Origin: Ylistrum balloti
Lineage: Eukaryota
Length of the DNA: 64,000 nt
NCBI RefSeq assembly: GCF_031769215.1
Contig: NW_026781970.1
Location: 992,001-1,056,000, forward strand
Direction: 5' to 3'
The notes beneath the pieces are model-generated. The model saw only the letters and a program-made list of their open reading frames with translations. It searched no databases and had not been told where the DNA came from. Shown one piece after another: positions 35,154 to 50,170 of this stretch. Numbering within the stretch: the first letter of the stretch is position 1; every line of letters begins with the position of its first letter. The position numbers were made by a program, and so were the translations under genes.

Positions 35154-35900
35154 AACAAGAGGCCCAAGGGCCTTAACAGTCACATGAGTTCAGTGAGGCT
35201 TGTCATTTCTACTGTTATGACATATTATAGAAATCGTCAATCTCGTAAACAAAGAAAATTAATTCAAATTATACATTACAGAAGTGTAAAGTATTTTTAT
35301 CAAACCTCTATGCTTCTTATAATTATTTTAATCTTCAGCTGTAATATGTCAAAAACGTTACTATATTAAATGTCAAGTCCACTGATTAAGAATATTTAAT
35401 TCCAGCAATTATGGGGAGGAACAAAATAAACTATCAAGATAATTTTTACATATCTTAGTCCTTACCATATTTCCCCGGGATTCTGTCATGGTAAAACACA
35501 ATCTCATTAAACTGCCGTCCCATGGAAATAATGCTAAACATGTTTGACTTATTTCTAATGGAAGTTAAATTGTCCTTTAAATGTGTACCTACAGAAAGTG
35601 CAGTAAAACTTACCTTTCCTCAGGGACTCATGGGGCCGTAAAATTCTCAATTTTTGAAAATCAAAGTAAGACCTTTTCATCACTGGAAAATATGTATTTC
35701 TACCGTATAATTACCTTAAAAGACGATGTCTGACATCTCAGTCTGTTTAACTACTTTTAGCATCACCGATTGAACTACCTGAGAATCAATTAGAATCAAT
35801 AATCTGCATGCCATCTAGCCGTCATCCCATGCTTTCCATTCTTATGAAGGTTAAATTATTTTTACGCAACATATATTAAACTACTGAATCTTTTCAACGA
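35154..35900 (+). mobile_element. Possible non-autonomous Helentron/HINE-like interspersed repeat
   Basis: Begins aacaagaggcccaagggcc, a short palindromic end I associate with bivalve repeats; extent uncertain. Confidence 0.3.
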
Positions 35901-36049
35901 AAAAATATGATGATGAACTTTAAAGTTCTGGCACACAGTGGTACATCACTTCCTTGAAGAGTATTTAACTCTACCATATATGGATCTTGAGAAAGAGTTT
36001 CAATTCATTTATTGCACAAAGAAACAAGAATGCAATAGACACGGGAAGA

Positions 36050-36435
36050 GCCCGCCGTCTGACGAAAGCCACTTTTCACTAAGTCCGACAGAAGCCAGGG
36101 CGCGTGTCTGGAGACCATGAAATAGAGAATACGATCAGAATAGCATTCTTGGCACAACAAAACTTGGTGGTAGAGGTGTTACTTTTTCCTTATTTTTTCT
36201 CCAAACTGTTAACTTCACTTACATGTCCTTGATGGAACTTTGAATGGACAGAAACACCGTGATCAGATCCTTAAACTGTTAGTTATTGCGCATTCCGATC
36301 CTCTTTCATTGGCAATAAGGCCTATTCCAATGCATAAAAATACCCAACCAAAGAGCATGGTGCAGGAAGTGAGAGAGACGCTCTCATACCTTTAATGTCG
36401 CCAGATATTAACTCAATTCAGCATATGTGGGAAGT
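36050..36435 (+). mobile_element. Degraded Tc1-type (DD34E) transposase fragment
   Basis: Translates to SDESHFSL...ARARVWR*...LGGRGV, then LHVLDGTLNGQKHRDQIL, then (frameshifted) SPDINSIQHMWE. These match the Tc1 motifs SDESRF, GGGGVMVW, GTLN...Y..IL and SPDLNPIEH.W. It has a stop and frameshifts, and the 2nd D and the E are lost. Confidence 0.8.
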
Positions 36436-36439
36436 TGAC

Positions 36440-38985
36440 TTGACTGAACATTCGACATACGATGTACAACATTCTTAATTCGCATGTTGTGCACAACGAC
36501 GTACGATATAAAACATATAAAAAAAATCGAATGATATGCACCACGACATATGACACATGGCATTAAGTTTGAATGTTGTTCACCAAGACAAATGACATAA
36601 AACATTAAGAGTTTGAATGTTATGCACCACGACATACGACATACAATATATAAAAATCGAATGATATGCACCACGACATATGGCACATAGCATTAAGTTT
36701 GAATGTTGTTCACCAAGACAAATGACATAAAACACTAAGAGTTTGAATGTTATGCACCACGACATACGACATACAATATATAAAAATCGAATGATATGCA
36801 CCACGACATATGGCACATAGCATTAAGTTTGAATGTTGTTCACCAAGACAAATGACATAAAACATTAAGAGTTTGAATGTTATGCACCACGACATACGAC
36901 ATACAATATATAAAAATCGAATGATATGCACCACGACATATGGCACATAGCATTAAGTTTGAATGTTGTTCACCAAGACAAATGACATAAAACACTAAGA
37001 GTTTGAATGTTATGCACCATGACATACGACATACGACATACAATATATAAAAATCGAATGATATGCACCACGACATATGGCACATAGCATTAAGTTTGAA
37101 TGTTGTTCACCAAGACAAATGACACAAAACATTAAGAGCTTGAATGTTATGCACCACGACATGCGACATACAATATATAAAAATCGAATGATATGCACCA
37201 CGACATATGGCACATAGCATTAAGTTTGAATGTTGTTCACCAAGACAAATGACATAAAACATTAAGAGTTTGAATGTTATGCACCACGACATACGACATA
37301 CAATATATAAAAATCGAATGATATGCACCACGACATATGGCACATAGCATTAAGTTTGAATGTTGTTCACCAAGACAAATGACACAAAACATTAAGAGTT
37401 TGAATGTTATGCACCATGACATACGACATACGACATACAATATATAAAATTTGAATGATATGCACCACGACATATGGCACATAGCATTAAGTTTGAATGT
37501 TGTTCACCAAGACAAATGACATAAAACATTAAGAGTTTGAATGTTATGCACCACGACATACGACATACAATATATAAAAATCGAATGATATGCACCACGA
37601 CATATGGCACATAGCATTAAGTTTGAATGTTGTTCACCAAGACAAATGACATAAAACATTAAGAGTTTGAATGTTATGCACCACGACATACGACATACAA
37701 TATATAAAAATCGAATGATATGCACCACGACATATGGCACATAGCATTAAGTTTGAATGTTGTTCACCAAGACAAATGACATAAAACATTAAGAGTTTGA
37801 ATGTTATGCACCACGACATACGACATACAATATATAAAAATCGAATGATATGCACCACGACATATGGCACATAGCATTAAGTTTGAATGTTGTTCACCAA
37901 GACAAATGACATAAAACATTAAGAGTTTGAATGTTATGCACCATGACATACGACATACGACATACAATATATAAAAATCGAATGATATGCACCACGACAT
38001 ATGGCACATAGCATTAAGTTTGAATGTTGTTCACCAAGACAAATGACATAAAACATTAAGAGTTTGAATGTTATGCACCACGACATACGACATAAAATAT
38101 ATACATATCGAATGATTTGCTCCACGACCTATGACACATAGCATTAAGTTTGAATGTTGTTCACCAAGACAAATGACACAAAACATTAAGAGTTTGAATA
38201 CGACATACGACATACAATATAAAAATCGAATGATATGCACCACGACATATGGCACATAGCATTAAGTTTGAATGTTGTTCACCAAGACAAATGACATAAA
38301 ACACATGTTAACAACATACAATATATAAAAATCGATGATATGCACCACGACATATGGCACATAGCATTAAGTTTATGCACCAAGACAAATGACATAAACC
38401 ATTAAGACTTTGAATGTTATGCACCACGACATACGACATACAATATATAAAAATCGAATGATATGCACCACGACATATGGCACATAGCATTAAGTTTGAA
38501 TGTTGTTCACCAAGACAAATGACATAAAACATTAAGAGTTTGAATGTTATGCACATGACATACGACATACGACATACAATATATAAAAATCGAATGATAT
38601 GCACCACGACATATGGCACATAGCATTAAGTTTGAATGTTGTTCACCAAGACAAATGACATAAAACATTAAGAGTTTGAATGTTATGCACCACGACATAC
38701 GACATACAATATATAAAAATCGAATGATATGCACCACGACATATGGCACATAGCATTAAGTTTGAATGTTGTTCACCAAGACAAATGACATAAATCATTA
38801 AGAGTTTGAATGTTATGCACCATGACATACAATATATACAATATATAAAAATCGAATGATATGCACCACGACATATGACACATAGCATTAAGTTTGAATG
38901 TTGTTCACCAAGACAATTGACATAAAACATTAAGAGTTTGAATGTTATTCATTACGACAAATGACATAAAATTCAGAACTTGAAT
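36440..38985. repeat. Satellite array, 130 bp unit made of three related 42-44 bp subunits, about 19-20 copies
   Basis: Near-identical central copies; 130 bp periodic ORFs in the track; degenerate edges. Confidence 0.95.
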
Positions 38986-39049
38986 GGTGTCTGTCGTATG
39001 TTGAGCCAATTACACGTAACTTGTGTGATATTAAGTAAATGAGCAAGAT

Positions 39050-39400
39050 TGGCAATTTTTTCTACGGAGCAAGCTTCATTGTCTGTCAATGGTATGTAGA
39101 TGATGGGCACATGAATTGTGCCAGAAGCATGGTAGATATATCCGATCTTGGTATCTTTATACAGATCTTGTTGATTAGTTAATATTCTTGATCAATCACT
39201 ATGTTTTGGTGACTTGATGATGTTTCTGTTTATAAGGGACAGTTATATTCAAAGTTGCTTTTCTAGAATTTAGGAATGCCTTTTTAGCACGTCTTTTTAA
39301 ATTCTCTATTGTTAAATATTTCGTCAGATGCCAAACTGCATTCCCATATATCCTGTTAGACTGGATGTTTTCTTTAAATACAGCATGCACAATTAACCCT
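39050..39400 (-). mobile_element. Possible highly degraded LINE reverse-transcriptase C-terminal fragment
   Basis: Track ORF 39199-39390 contains IYGNAVWH...IENLKRRAKK, resembling CR1/L2 LEYG..VW...IE.LERVQ.R; weak. Confidence 0.28.
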
Positions 39401-42400
39401 TATATAAGATATATGGTCTCTAACTTATGGCCAAGTGTTTATATGCCAATCGATTGGCAGTTTACTAAATTGAATTTGTATTCTATCGAAACTACGGTTA
39501 TCATTTCACAACAATCTTTAGTTTTTGAAAATGTTACAGACTCATATTTGACAAATGGCAACTCTCAAACAAATTAATTACAGATTACTATAAACAAATT
39601 GTTTAAGCGGTTACTGTCAGCCAGAGTCAGACCGGCAGCTTCTTCATTTTCTATTCTTAATATTTTAGTATTTTGTCCCTGAGTTTTACCACTGCCGCAC
39701 ACGACATTGTCTTTTCCATATCTAACCAAATTCATCCTTTATCACTCTAACTGACATGAGTTCGTTCGTAATAATAGGTTCAAAAACATATACACTTAAA
39801 CATTCCTAAACTACCATATACATACAACCCACAGTAATACAATAGTTGTGTACATACCTTTTTATTTAGTTAATGTATATTTGAATAATGACAAGGAATT
39901 TACCGAAGTCCTGAAACGTCTCACCTGACAAATGAGCACGTTTGTCACAATTAAACATGACATGCTTGGCCGAATCGGTTGGATGTCTGCTTAATACTTG
40001 ATCTGATGCACGTTTTAAGTACTAATGATATCATCAACTCTTACTATTAAGGTTTCGTGTAAAAATGTTTTAACAAATCCAGAAACGTGTTAATTATGTA
40101 TCATTGAGAACACACAAAGAAGTGCACGAATTTCACGTACAAAATCAAATGAGTAATTTGACTGAGCAACACCGTGGGGATGACACAAGGACACAGGTGA
40201 ATGTTGAAGGTGTGCACAGGTGAGATCATACATTTTAACATGCTCTAAGTTTAATTGTTGTGGTGTGTAACAGGGGCTTGTCAAATGAGGTATTACCTGT
40301 ACTTCTCCGCCTCTCGATACCGGTACCTGTTCATCATTATTGTGTGGAAATACGTCATTAAATTTAACATCGTCACTGCAAAATGCGGTAAAGACGTCGA
40401 GTAAAACTTACAACCATCATTTTTGAAAAGAAGAGATCATAAACTGATGTTTTAAAGAAGAGATCATAAATTGTTGTTAAGGATATAACTGTGTGTACTA
40501 CAATCAACCTCACGTGGACTGTGTAACATAAAATATATCCATGGTTTTCTAGGATACAATTAAGTGTTTCTTACTGTGGCAGAACATCATTAACTGTGAA
40601 GTACTACTACGAACCACAATGCCGGCCTGATGCTTCAACAAAAATCTGGGTAATGATGAATATTTATTATATAAACAAAGGCATATATCATGAAAAATAT
40701 GAACGACATCATGTCAAGAGATCTACATAAAGAAACAATCACTCAATCAAAACAAGGAACTGTCATATTTTTCTATATGAGTTTATACTGAATAAGGTAG
40801 GTGGTATAACAAACTCCAATATTTACAATCGTAATGAAAATGGTCTAGAAAACTAATTAAAACATGGAGTATTTTGTGGTCATTATTCTATGTATCATTC
40901 TTTTGAGCAGTCCCCAGAACGGTCATCAGCCTTCGGTCAAATATGAACAGGACATTCGGAGCCATTAATTACAGTTAATTTAATAATTTATACAGCTTCC
41001 TGTCAAAGACATAAATAGAAAAATAAAGATAAGTAATTATCATTACAGCTAAGGATAATGACATTTTACATTAACATGTGCCTGTTTTAAAGGGAATATC
41101 AAATTTGATAATTGGCAATAAAGTAATCTAACAAAAATGTACTACGTGATTCGATGTAACACATATAGGATGGTCGTCCAAATAATCATGTACTCGTATA
41201 ATATATATAATATATTAAATTGTTTTTCTTGTGATAGCAAAACTTCTTCAAGGCGATAAGGAGGCATAATTGGTTAATGTTATATAAACATTCCTTGGCA
41301 AGACTGGGTACAATTGATCGTTTTCGTCCTTCAAGTTGTTTTAAATAAAACATGATGCCTGTAGATTTACCATCCCCGGACAATATATATACCATATACA
41401 TTTGTCAAGGAAGGTAAATAAGCACAGACGACATGTGTGTATTATACATGTAAAATTATTATCATTATCCGTGCGCAAATTCCTTTATGTCATTGTTATA
41501 TAAACATATGTACATCCTCTGTATTACATGTTGGATTTACTGTATAAATAATAGGATCTGGCGACGAAATTGTTTTAACACGACAGTTTTAGTCACAGGC
41601 CGTCTGGTACATGGTGAATATTAATAATCCTTTTGTATTTTGCATTGATCGTTTCATATTAAGTTAATACATTAGCTGGGATATATAACATGCTTTTGAT
41701 ACAATGCAATTAATAACATTTAGTACCTATCAAACCGAATAAAGAGAAATTGTAGATAATTTAAGACTGGAACCAAGAACTAAATGAAATATACTTTACC
41801 ACATTTCTGAGCAATGTTTATTAAATCATTCATGCTTAATTAATTCCTTCATCAGTACTACAACAATTAATAGTTTATATACATGTGTAATGCTGATGTT
41901 TTAAGAATATTTGATTTTACAAATCACTTTAGTTTCAGTGTTATTTACATGTATATGTGATCATACGATCAATTACTACCACTGACTTCAATATCACTGC
42001 TGGAAGAATTTTAGTTTTCTTGAAATGTTTAGTATCTGTCATATTCTAGATCACTTATCTTAACTTAATAAGTGTCATGGAAAATATGTTTATATTAAAA
42101 AGAATTGCAAATTTGAAATAAGATGGTGAAATAATGCGCAAATCGGAGACAGAAAATGGAAAAAAGTTCCATGAACACCTACAACAATTGGGGGCAAACC
42201 AATGTATTTCGAAATGTTTCCGTGATCGGGTTAGAACGACTAGTATTTTTTGGCCTATAAATGAATTCGTAATAGTAAACGCCACCTTATAGTTCGGCTA
42301 ACATGTTTAGGTCTACCTCAGATTCCCGTTGTGATCAGTTCAAACCATACTTATACCATACTCAGATCGAACAATCACTGTTTGAAAAGTTACCTATTCA

Positions 42401-45400
42401 AGTATGTTTTGTTTTGATATTATCTAGCCATTGCTATTCATATGTTTCATTTTTATTTTAGAAGAGATAACTACACTCATGTACATTATAGACAAAATTG
42501 GTCTGAAAACCCTAAGATGACATTACAATTTAATGTACATTTATCACAAATATTTCAGTTTTCGTTTACTAGGAAGATAAAATAATGATATTAAGTTATT
42601 TTACTAAGGTAAAATAAGAGGTCCTCAGTTTTTAAAAGTTCTGCGTTCCGTCTACAATATTTTGAAATCATTGTAGGATGCTTATGATTATATTTGGAAT
42701 GTATCGACAAAATTAATCTCCTTAAAGTGAGTATGATTAATAACGTAAGTATAAAAATGGTTTAAATTCCCACCGAACGATATTTTAGAATCAAATGATA
42801 TTTCCCTGAGAGGGAACATAAATAATAATCTTACCTAGTCATAACATCGTAAACCAGCGAATCACTGACAGGGACTCTTGTACATAAAACCCTTTTGTTG
42901 CACTCTTTGTGATTCATTCCAGGAAGCCGAATATCTTATAGAAGACTGTTTATTTTTATATCTACATTTGATAAATCTGTTCATACCTCTACCACATAGC
43001 ACAATATGTGCGACATTATCATACATTAACATTAACACAAATGCTATATTGGAGTCTGTGGTAAATAATTAATTAGCATGATAATGCCGTTATGGTGGAC
43101 GATTAGAACTATGTTTCCTCGTAGGCTGAAAGGCTATTTGTTATGGTTAGTACATGTGATTACGACATTGCTCTATTTCATTCAAATGACACAACATTAC
43201 GTTGGAAACCTTCTTTCAAAATATTTTTTCTTAATTAAAGTAGTAATTGCTCAATTATATTTTTTACAACTTTTACAAAAATTCTTATAATTGCTGACCT
43301 TCATGTTTCAAAGATATATGAAACATACATGTGTTAAACATGGTATCATGATTACGAAAAGATCATTAAGTTCTTTGCCCAGCTTGTGCGATTTATCCAG
43401 AGTAGAAAGTAATCCTTTGCTATATAAAAAGGAACAGAAAAGATAATAAATGATAAATCAAGATAAATCGTGTTTCTCAGTCGATTGTAAAGTGCTGGGG
43501 ACCATGCCTGCATCTACAGTAGTAATGTAAATCTTCATTGACCGATGGTCAAACAGTTAGGAGCCGAATACAAATGTTAACAAGTCACGTTTGACAAACG
43601 TAGATGAACCTACATGACCTACCAGCACACAGTTTCCGTTTTGACCGCAGCAGTCATGCAAAACAAACACTGACTTTTGACACACACAAGTGTCTTACAA
43701 AACGGAGTAAACCTAATGCCCAGATATATCTAGCGCCGTCTATCCAATAAGAAAAGGATTTTTTTTGCCTATGAATGCCATATGATATTAGTATCCTAAT
43801 ACGAAAGATGTCATTCGAAATGCTTTTTGTCCTTCAGACGTTTAAACGACTTCATTAAGTATAGTACACTTGGTTAATTGTAGCAGTGTGTTACTCTTGC
43901 ATAGTTTCTTATACGTGAGTTACCTCCAATCCGTACAATGATTTGATGAAACTATAATGAAACTCTCTCTACACCACACTAGGTACTTGTTAATTATAAG
44001 AGAGACTTTACTCTCGTTTTAATATATCGCTGTGACATATTCTTCAGTCATCATACATCTTCCGTTCTCAGCAGTGTGTTTAATTATATGTGCACTGCAA
44101 GTTAAAAGAAAAAAGTGTTCGTAAGTCTTCATAATACGGCAGTAATTCATTGTTATTAGCACCCGCACACATTGTTACTTATGTAATGATGTATAACAGT
44201 CCTGTGAACTGTTTCTATATTTAACCTGAGTAACAAAAGTCGCGCTAAATCCTTGTTAGAACAAATAACTAAAAAAAAACAAAAAGAAAACGAGAGGTTA
44301 GTTAATGACCATAGGATTAAATAGAAAAAACTGTGAGTAATTATCTAGATAACATTTCTACTCGTACCTTCCAAACGTTTTAGTCACCCTCATTCATCAA
44401 AAATTGCTTACGTACCGATATGGATGGCAAAACAAACAAAATGACGTCATTAAATAAGAGGAATTTAACTGGTTTGTAAAATTAGACATGTTGAATAAGA
44501 TATATCACGGAATTGTGTATTATGTATTTATTTAGTATTAAAGATATTATGAAGATGCGATAAGGTAAATAAGATACAAGATTACTATTATCTGTTTCAA
44601 TGTGTTGCTTTAAGTTAATGCATCCAGCAAAGCTGCTTTTAATAATTTCATATATCCACAATATTGCTTTTAAATTTACCCTAGTTGTTACACATAGGAA
44701 CAAGTTCTGTCAGGTGCTTGTGTGCTGATCATGTTATTGTTCTAATGCTTCTCCTCGCATATAAACATATGTCCTCCAGATACATATAAAGTTGTATTTT
44801 TCTTTAGCACATTGATGTTTAAAATTCCATACGGTGATATATTTATATTGTGCGTTTTTTCCAGTTGTCGTGCGCTACATCATTGTTTGTAAAACATGCA
44901 TAATTCCATATTAATCAATGTTGTATATGCCTTATAAGTAACTCCTTTTGCTTTGGATCAAGATTATTTGTTTATATCAATTAGTATCTAATACCCAAAC
45001 TGGTAAAGATATTTAATCATGTCCATACTTATCCATCATTCTATTATAAATGATCTTAATAGATAAATACCTAACATCAATACTAGGTATAAACAATACG
45101 TATTGTGTAAAACAATATATGTTTTGTATAATTTTGACCTGTTATATATCTCATCAATAATACATTTTATGCATAATAAGAGACATCAAAGTACGTGTTC
45201 CATTATATTGTAACATGAAATGTATGCGGCGGTTTCAAACACGTGTCGTTTAATATCTAAAAGGTAGCGTAATAAAAATATTAATTGGCTTTACACAATG
45301 CGATAAGGGTTCTGCAATATAGAAATTTCAAGCCGATTAAAGACAAGTGTGATTTGTAGATCGTGACCCTCACATTTCGATGTATCTGATAGAGCAAAAA

Positions 45401-48400
45401 TGCGGTGAAGATTAACTACCAACTGATGTTTCAGGACACAGCTAATTAATATTTTCGTATGATAATAGTATTTTGATATTTTATAATATCAGGCGCTATA
45501 GCATGCAGGTTACAAAGAGCCTTTAAGAGTAAGTTGTATTACGAATAGAAACAAGTAGAATGGTTAATGTAAAGTTAATCATCTGGATAACGTTTCCTGT
45601 ATTTTTAGTGGGTGGGTGTGGGGGCAAGTTTTTGGTTATTTCATTTTCATTAAGTTTTAGTTTTTTATGTTTATTTATTTTTTTGATTCATTCCTTCATT
45701 TTGTGCGATCTACATGTTTAACGAACGTTTGTAATGAAGAGATATAATTCTCTAAATAGGTTTAAGACATAAGATGAGGAATTACACAGACACGGTAACT
45801 CGAATATCTACTCATATGCACTTGATACAGATCGATATCAATTAGATAACAAGTCCAAAATGCCCAGAAGAAAACAACCAAAAGTTCCGGATGGATTCTG
45901 TAATTAGTATCTTTATCTCTTGAACTCCTGAATATTAAATATTTTATTTTTCACATAATTTTTAAACACCACTGTGGTCTTTGATCATTCAATTGTTTAA
46001 AATCCATTTCATGAACACCCTACTGAATTTCTTATATTTACGAATTTAAGCACATGTTTACATATTGTATAGGCATTAGGGCGTTTGGGGAGATAAATAT
46101 GACGTCACTGTACTGACCACCAGATCGGCTGGTTCCCATCACCAAATGACAGCGAATATTTACGCTTCGTTTTATTCCAATTGTATTGTTCTTTGTTTCA
46201 TATTATTTTATGCATTTTTTACGCTCCATTTCTGTTGTTTTTCATACCAAAGGTAAATATTATTCAGACACTTTCGTTTATACAGTACGTGCCTCTATCG
46301 TTCAGTACTGTTTTATTCATAAATCTATCCATCAACGTGACGTCTGCCTTAAAACGTTCTTATATATAACTTTATGATATCAACACGAAATCTTCATTAT
46401 ACACAAATGGGCATAGACAAACACAGTAAATTGCTGTCCATCTGAGTCAATGATACCATTGAGCCATTTTATGTTTTTCTATTATGATAAATCTACTTTT
46501 GCTGTTGTTTTTGTTGTCTTCACAAATATGTTTTGGTTGTAAATCAAAGCAACTTCTTAATAAAAAACAGCAATCATTCGTTTATTAACCGTTATCGCCT
46601 ATGTCACGAGCTACTAACTTCACATATCCAAATCAATGCTGGGTTATTCACATTGTTCTTTATCTGGAAAAGTTGAAAATGTCGTCATTCTGTTATTTTA
46701 TGAAATAACTTCCCATTTGTAGATAATATTGAGGTATTCTAATAAAGGCGCACATTTGGTATTTGAGGTCAATACTTAGCTTCAGCAATATTCGCCAAAA
46801 ACGAAATTTTGTTTTAATTTCCATTTCTTCGTAACTACGAAATTTGGATTTGAAATTTTAAAGGAATTTTAATAAATGCTGTTTTTTATAATTTGTATTT
46901 TAACAAGTGCGAAATTCAGTGATTCAACTTTTCGTAAATAATTAACATCTTAAAAAGCAATGAGTGATGACATTTTATGTTTTAAAAAGTCAATTTTACA
47001 AAAGCAGCTTCTTAATGTCAGCTTATATTAAAATAATTATCATATAGATCAAGATAACAAAATATATAATATCCTCTATCTTATCTATCCCTTGATGACC
47101 TGCTCTCGCCGACCTTTAGACAAACGTACATGTAACAAACAGTCTGCAACCAGATATGAACGACGGTGGGTTTTTTATCGAGAGACCTAAGGCCTAAGAT
47201 ACGCACTAGTCCATAGTGCCCGGTAATATATGTCGCTCATTAAATGATCACCTTGTATCGCCCGCGGGTCAAACGGTAGCATCTACTAATGATAGGTGTC
47301 AAAGCATGTACGAACATCTCTAATACACACAGAAAGGACATCACAACAGGTAACAGCATGATGTCATTAAATATATATTATATTGCTTAGAATAGGTTGA
47401 TACGCATCAATATCCAATGGGTTTATAGATATATATGGTAAACGCATAGTGCCAATATATATACATAATTATACACATTGGCAAAACCTGAATATACGTT
47501 AAAACAAGAACAGAAGTGTCAAAAGACAATTAATGAAACAAAGAGAAAAATTTGTCTATTGTGTAGAATTTTATCAATAAGACAATAAATTGATTTTGAT
47601 GATATGCATCTGATATCTCAAACAAACTAACAGCCGCCCTAACCCAGCAGCTTCTACACTTCACATTGCTCTTCAGGTCTAGTTTTGTTATCTTTTTGTC
47701 TGGTCGAAAACAAGGATGAAAAAATGTTTTAAGGATGAAAGCCAATATTTTTATTTCTGTGTTTGCTCACTCCAAGTGAATGTGTTATACAATCTTATTC
47801 AGTGTGTGTATAATATAGTTATTTTTTAACTACATGAAGAACTGAGGATGGCATTGCGTTTACTTACATAAGAAAGTGAAAACTATAAGAATGGGGCGTA
47901 TTATATAGGTAAATATGCATTTGTGTTATATTTGGCGTTTCATTCAGTAGTTGGGTTCAGTATCATATAACTTAAGCTAATTGGATAAAATATGTTTTGA
48001 AAATATAGTTCCTGTTTTAATCTGTCATGGATCATTACATCTGTCAAATACAAAGGAAACCATTACAATGTGCCTTTTTCCCTCTGTGGTGTGCCCGCTA
48101 ATAAGTTAGTCGGAGGACTACAGGAAATGGGATATATTTATTGTTTCTACATGACTAGAAGGTTGATCTTTGCATAGTTCTGATATAGCACTAATGTAGT
48201 GACGAATCTCGAACCTCCTACCTTACTGTCATGTAACTAAGGTTAATGCTGGCTGCTTCTCACGTATACAAATCTGACATGACGGATATGCCTGTCATCA
48301 GTGGGACATATATGTGTGGCTTTGTTCTGGTGACGTTAACGCATTTGTCAATCATAGATGAACGATCGATTTTCTTTTTTGATCTTATAATTATGTTAAT

Positions 48401-49666
48401 AAGATTTTCAATCGTAAACCCGCAGATTCGATAACTTCTGTTTAACGTACGAACGTTTTTAGCCTTTGCCTGCATGAAAACCGCTTTCAGACTGGCATCA
48501 ATAGTTTATTTCATACTCTGATGACTGTCCGTGTTAATTCAATTATATAAAGTAAAAATAAGATAGAATGTGTCATTGATACTGTAACATCCTTACACCA
48601 TGCTTTGTGTTAATTGTTAAGTTAAGTGTTAATTCCTTACCAATCGTGACACTTTAACAGGAGCTTCTATAGTTCAATAAGTTAGAAACGTTGACCTATG
48701 CAATCTCAGAGAAAGAGATGTGCGGGGTGCGTGGTTCGACGCTCCCTCACCCTAGTGGTTAATGTTTATTAGAAAACTGAGAAACGGAAACGGTCCAGTG
48801 TTTGTTAACATGGGTGTATACGGATGGTGTTCAGTTAGGTAGTCAACAGCTCCAAAAAGAACCTACCTCAAAAGGACCTGTTGTTCACGGGGCGATAAAA
48901 TCAGCAAGTATTCTGACTAATTTGTCGACCTTTTCAGATTTCGATTTAATCAAATTGACCCGGTTGATTCACAATCACTTAATAAATTGTTAGGTTATCT
49001 ATCTGCGCATCACTTGGATTGATGAAATCCTTCTAAAAAATCTGGAAAAATCACAAAAGTATTTTCAATGCTATTATTTATCCATTTTTTAATTACGTAT
49101 GCTTTAAACAGGATAAACTAAATATACACCCATACTCTTCCGAACTGTGTTATCGTAACAGACATATATTAGATAAATATATGCAATATTTCATAAACAT
49201 GGTATTTTCTTTATTTACTTTTGAATAAATTTATTTCCCAAATTTTTGTGAAGTGATGCAGTATTGATAAGCATTTTTTTTACTTTGATAAAGAAAACAG
49301 CTGGTAACCTTTATAGTTACATCACGAGAGACATTTGAAGACATGGACATTTATTATGTTGCTAGTTTTGAGAATATATGTTCTACGCCCATAAGAAACA
49401 TAACTATGTCTGTGTTTACAATGACCCTAGCAAACACGAAGCAGAATGTAATTACTAAACGAAAGCAATTAATCAAATGAAATTGTTAACCTACTTTAAG
49501 GGTGTTGTTTTCAATAATTGAAATTACTTGTCGTAACCCACCCATATTTAAAACGCCGGTTTCAAAAAAGTATGTTGTACATAGAGAGAATATGTATTTT
49601 GACTCTCTATTCGATAAACTAATCAAGGCACTTTTCACCTGTCAGGCATCCATCAGGTAAAACGAC

Positions 49667-49694
49667 TATAAAACGCATGTAAGAAATCACGTGA
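49667..49694 (+). promoter_or_regulatory. Candidate gene 2 core promoter (TATAAAA and palindromic E-box TCACGTGA)
   Basis: About 400 bp upstream of the ATG, followed by donor-like gtaagc/gtaagg sites and an acceptor at 50020, suggesting a non-coding first exon; speculative. Confidence 0.25.
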
Positions 49695-50077
49695 CAAGGC
49701 CAAAAGTGTGAACAAGGTAAGCACCGCCCAACCTGGCTCTCAGAACGGAGAGTGAAGTCGTTTGCTCGACACGACAAAATGGCTTCCACTTGCCTATCCT
49801 CATTTCCACCTGTTTGCCATATCCAGGAATGAAAACATATTCTTGGAGAAAGTAAGGCAGTTTTGCGGTAGGAGATTTCATGGATGTAACTAGGATTTTC
49901 ATCTTTGTTTTTATCTTTGGTAGATAATTGAAAATCTTCCGCGAGTGATTTGGATTTCATATTGTGATATGGATGTATAGTTATCCCGAAGGTTGAATTA
50001 CTGGATTGGTATATGTTCAGAACCTGACATCTCACTTTCAGTTACAATGGTCAACCTATAGGATTACAACATTCACA

Positions 50078-50170
50078 ATGAGACCAGATGATCTGAGTAA
50101 CCTCGAGGTTCTGGATGAGAATACCATTGTCCAAGCACTGAGAGGTAGATTCCATAAAGATAAATATTAT
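50078..50170 (+). CDS. Gene 2 exon 1 ([31 protein letters not shown])
   Basis: DDL..L...L..RF motif; gtaagt donor; a 5' extension is not excluded. Confidence 0.88.

Noticed and set aside
36408-38930. Series of near-identical minus-strand ORFs (MPYVVVHIIRFLYIVCRMSW...) resembling a tandem small-peptide family
   Set aside because: They are translations of the 130 bp satellite. The frame shifts with each monomer, and there are no splice or promoter signals or codon-level conservation.
49619-50035. 138 aa minus-strand ORF head-to-head with gene 2
   Set aside because: No recognisable motif; it lies antisense to the likely 5' leader of gene 2 and is probably a chance ORF in a locally GC-richer region.
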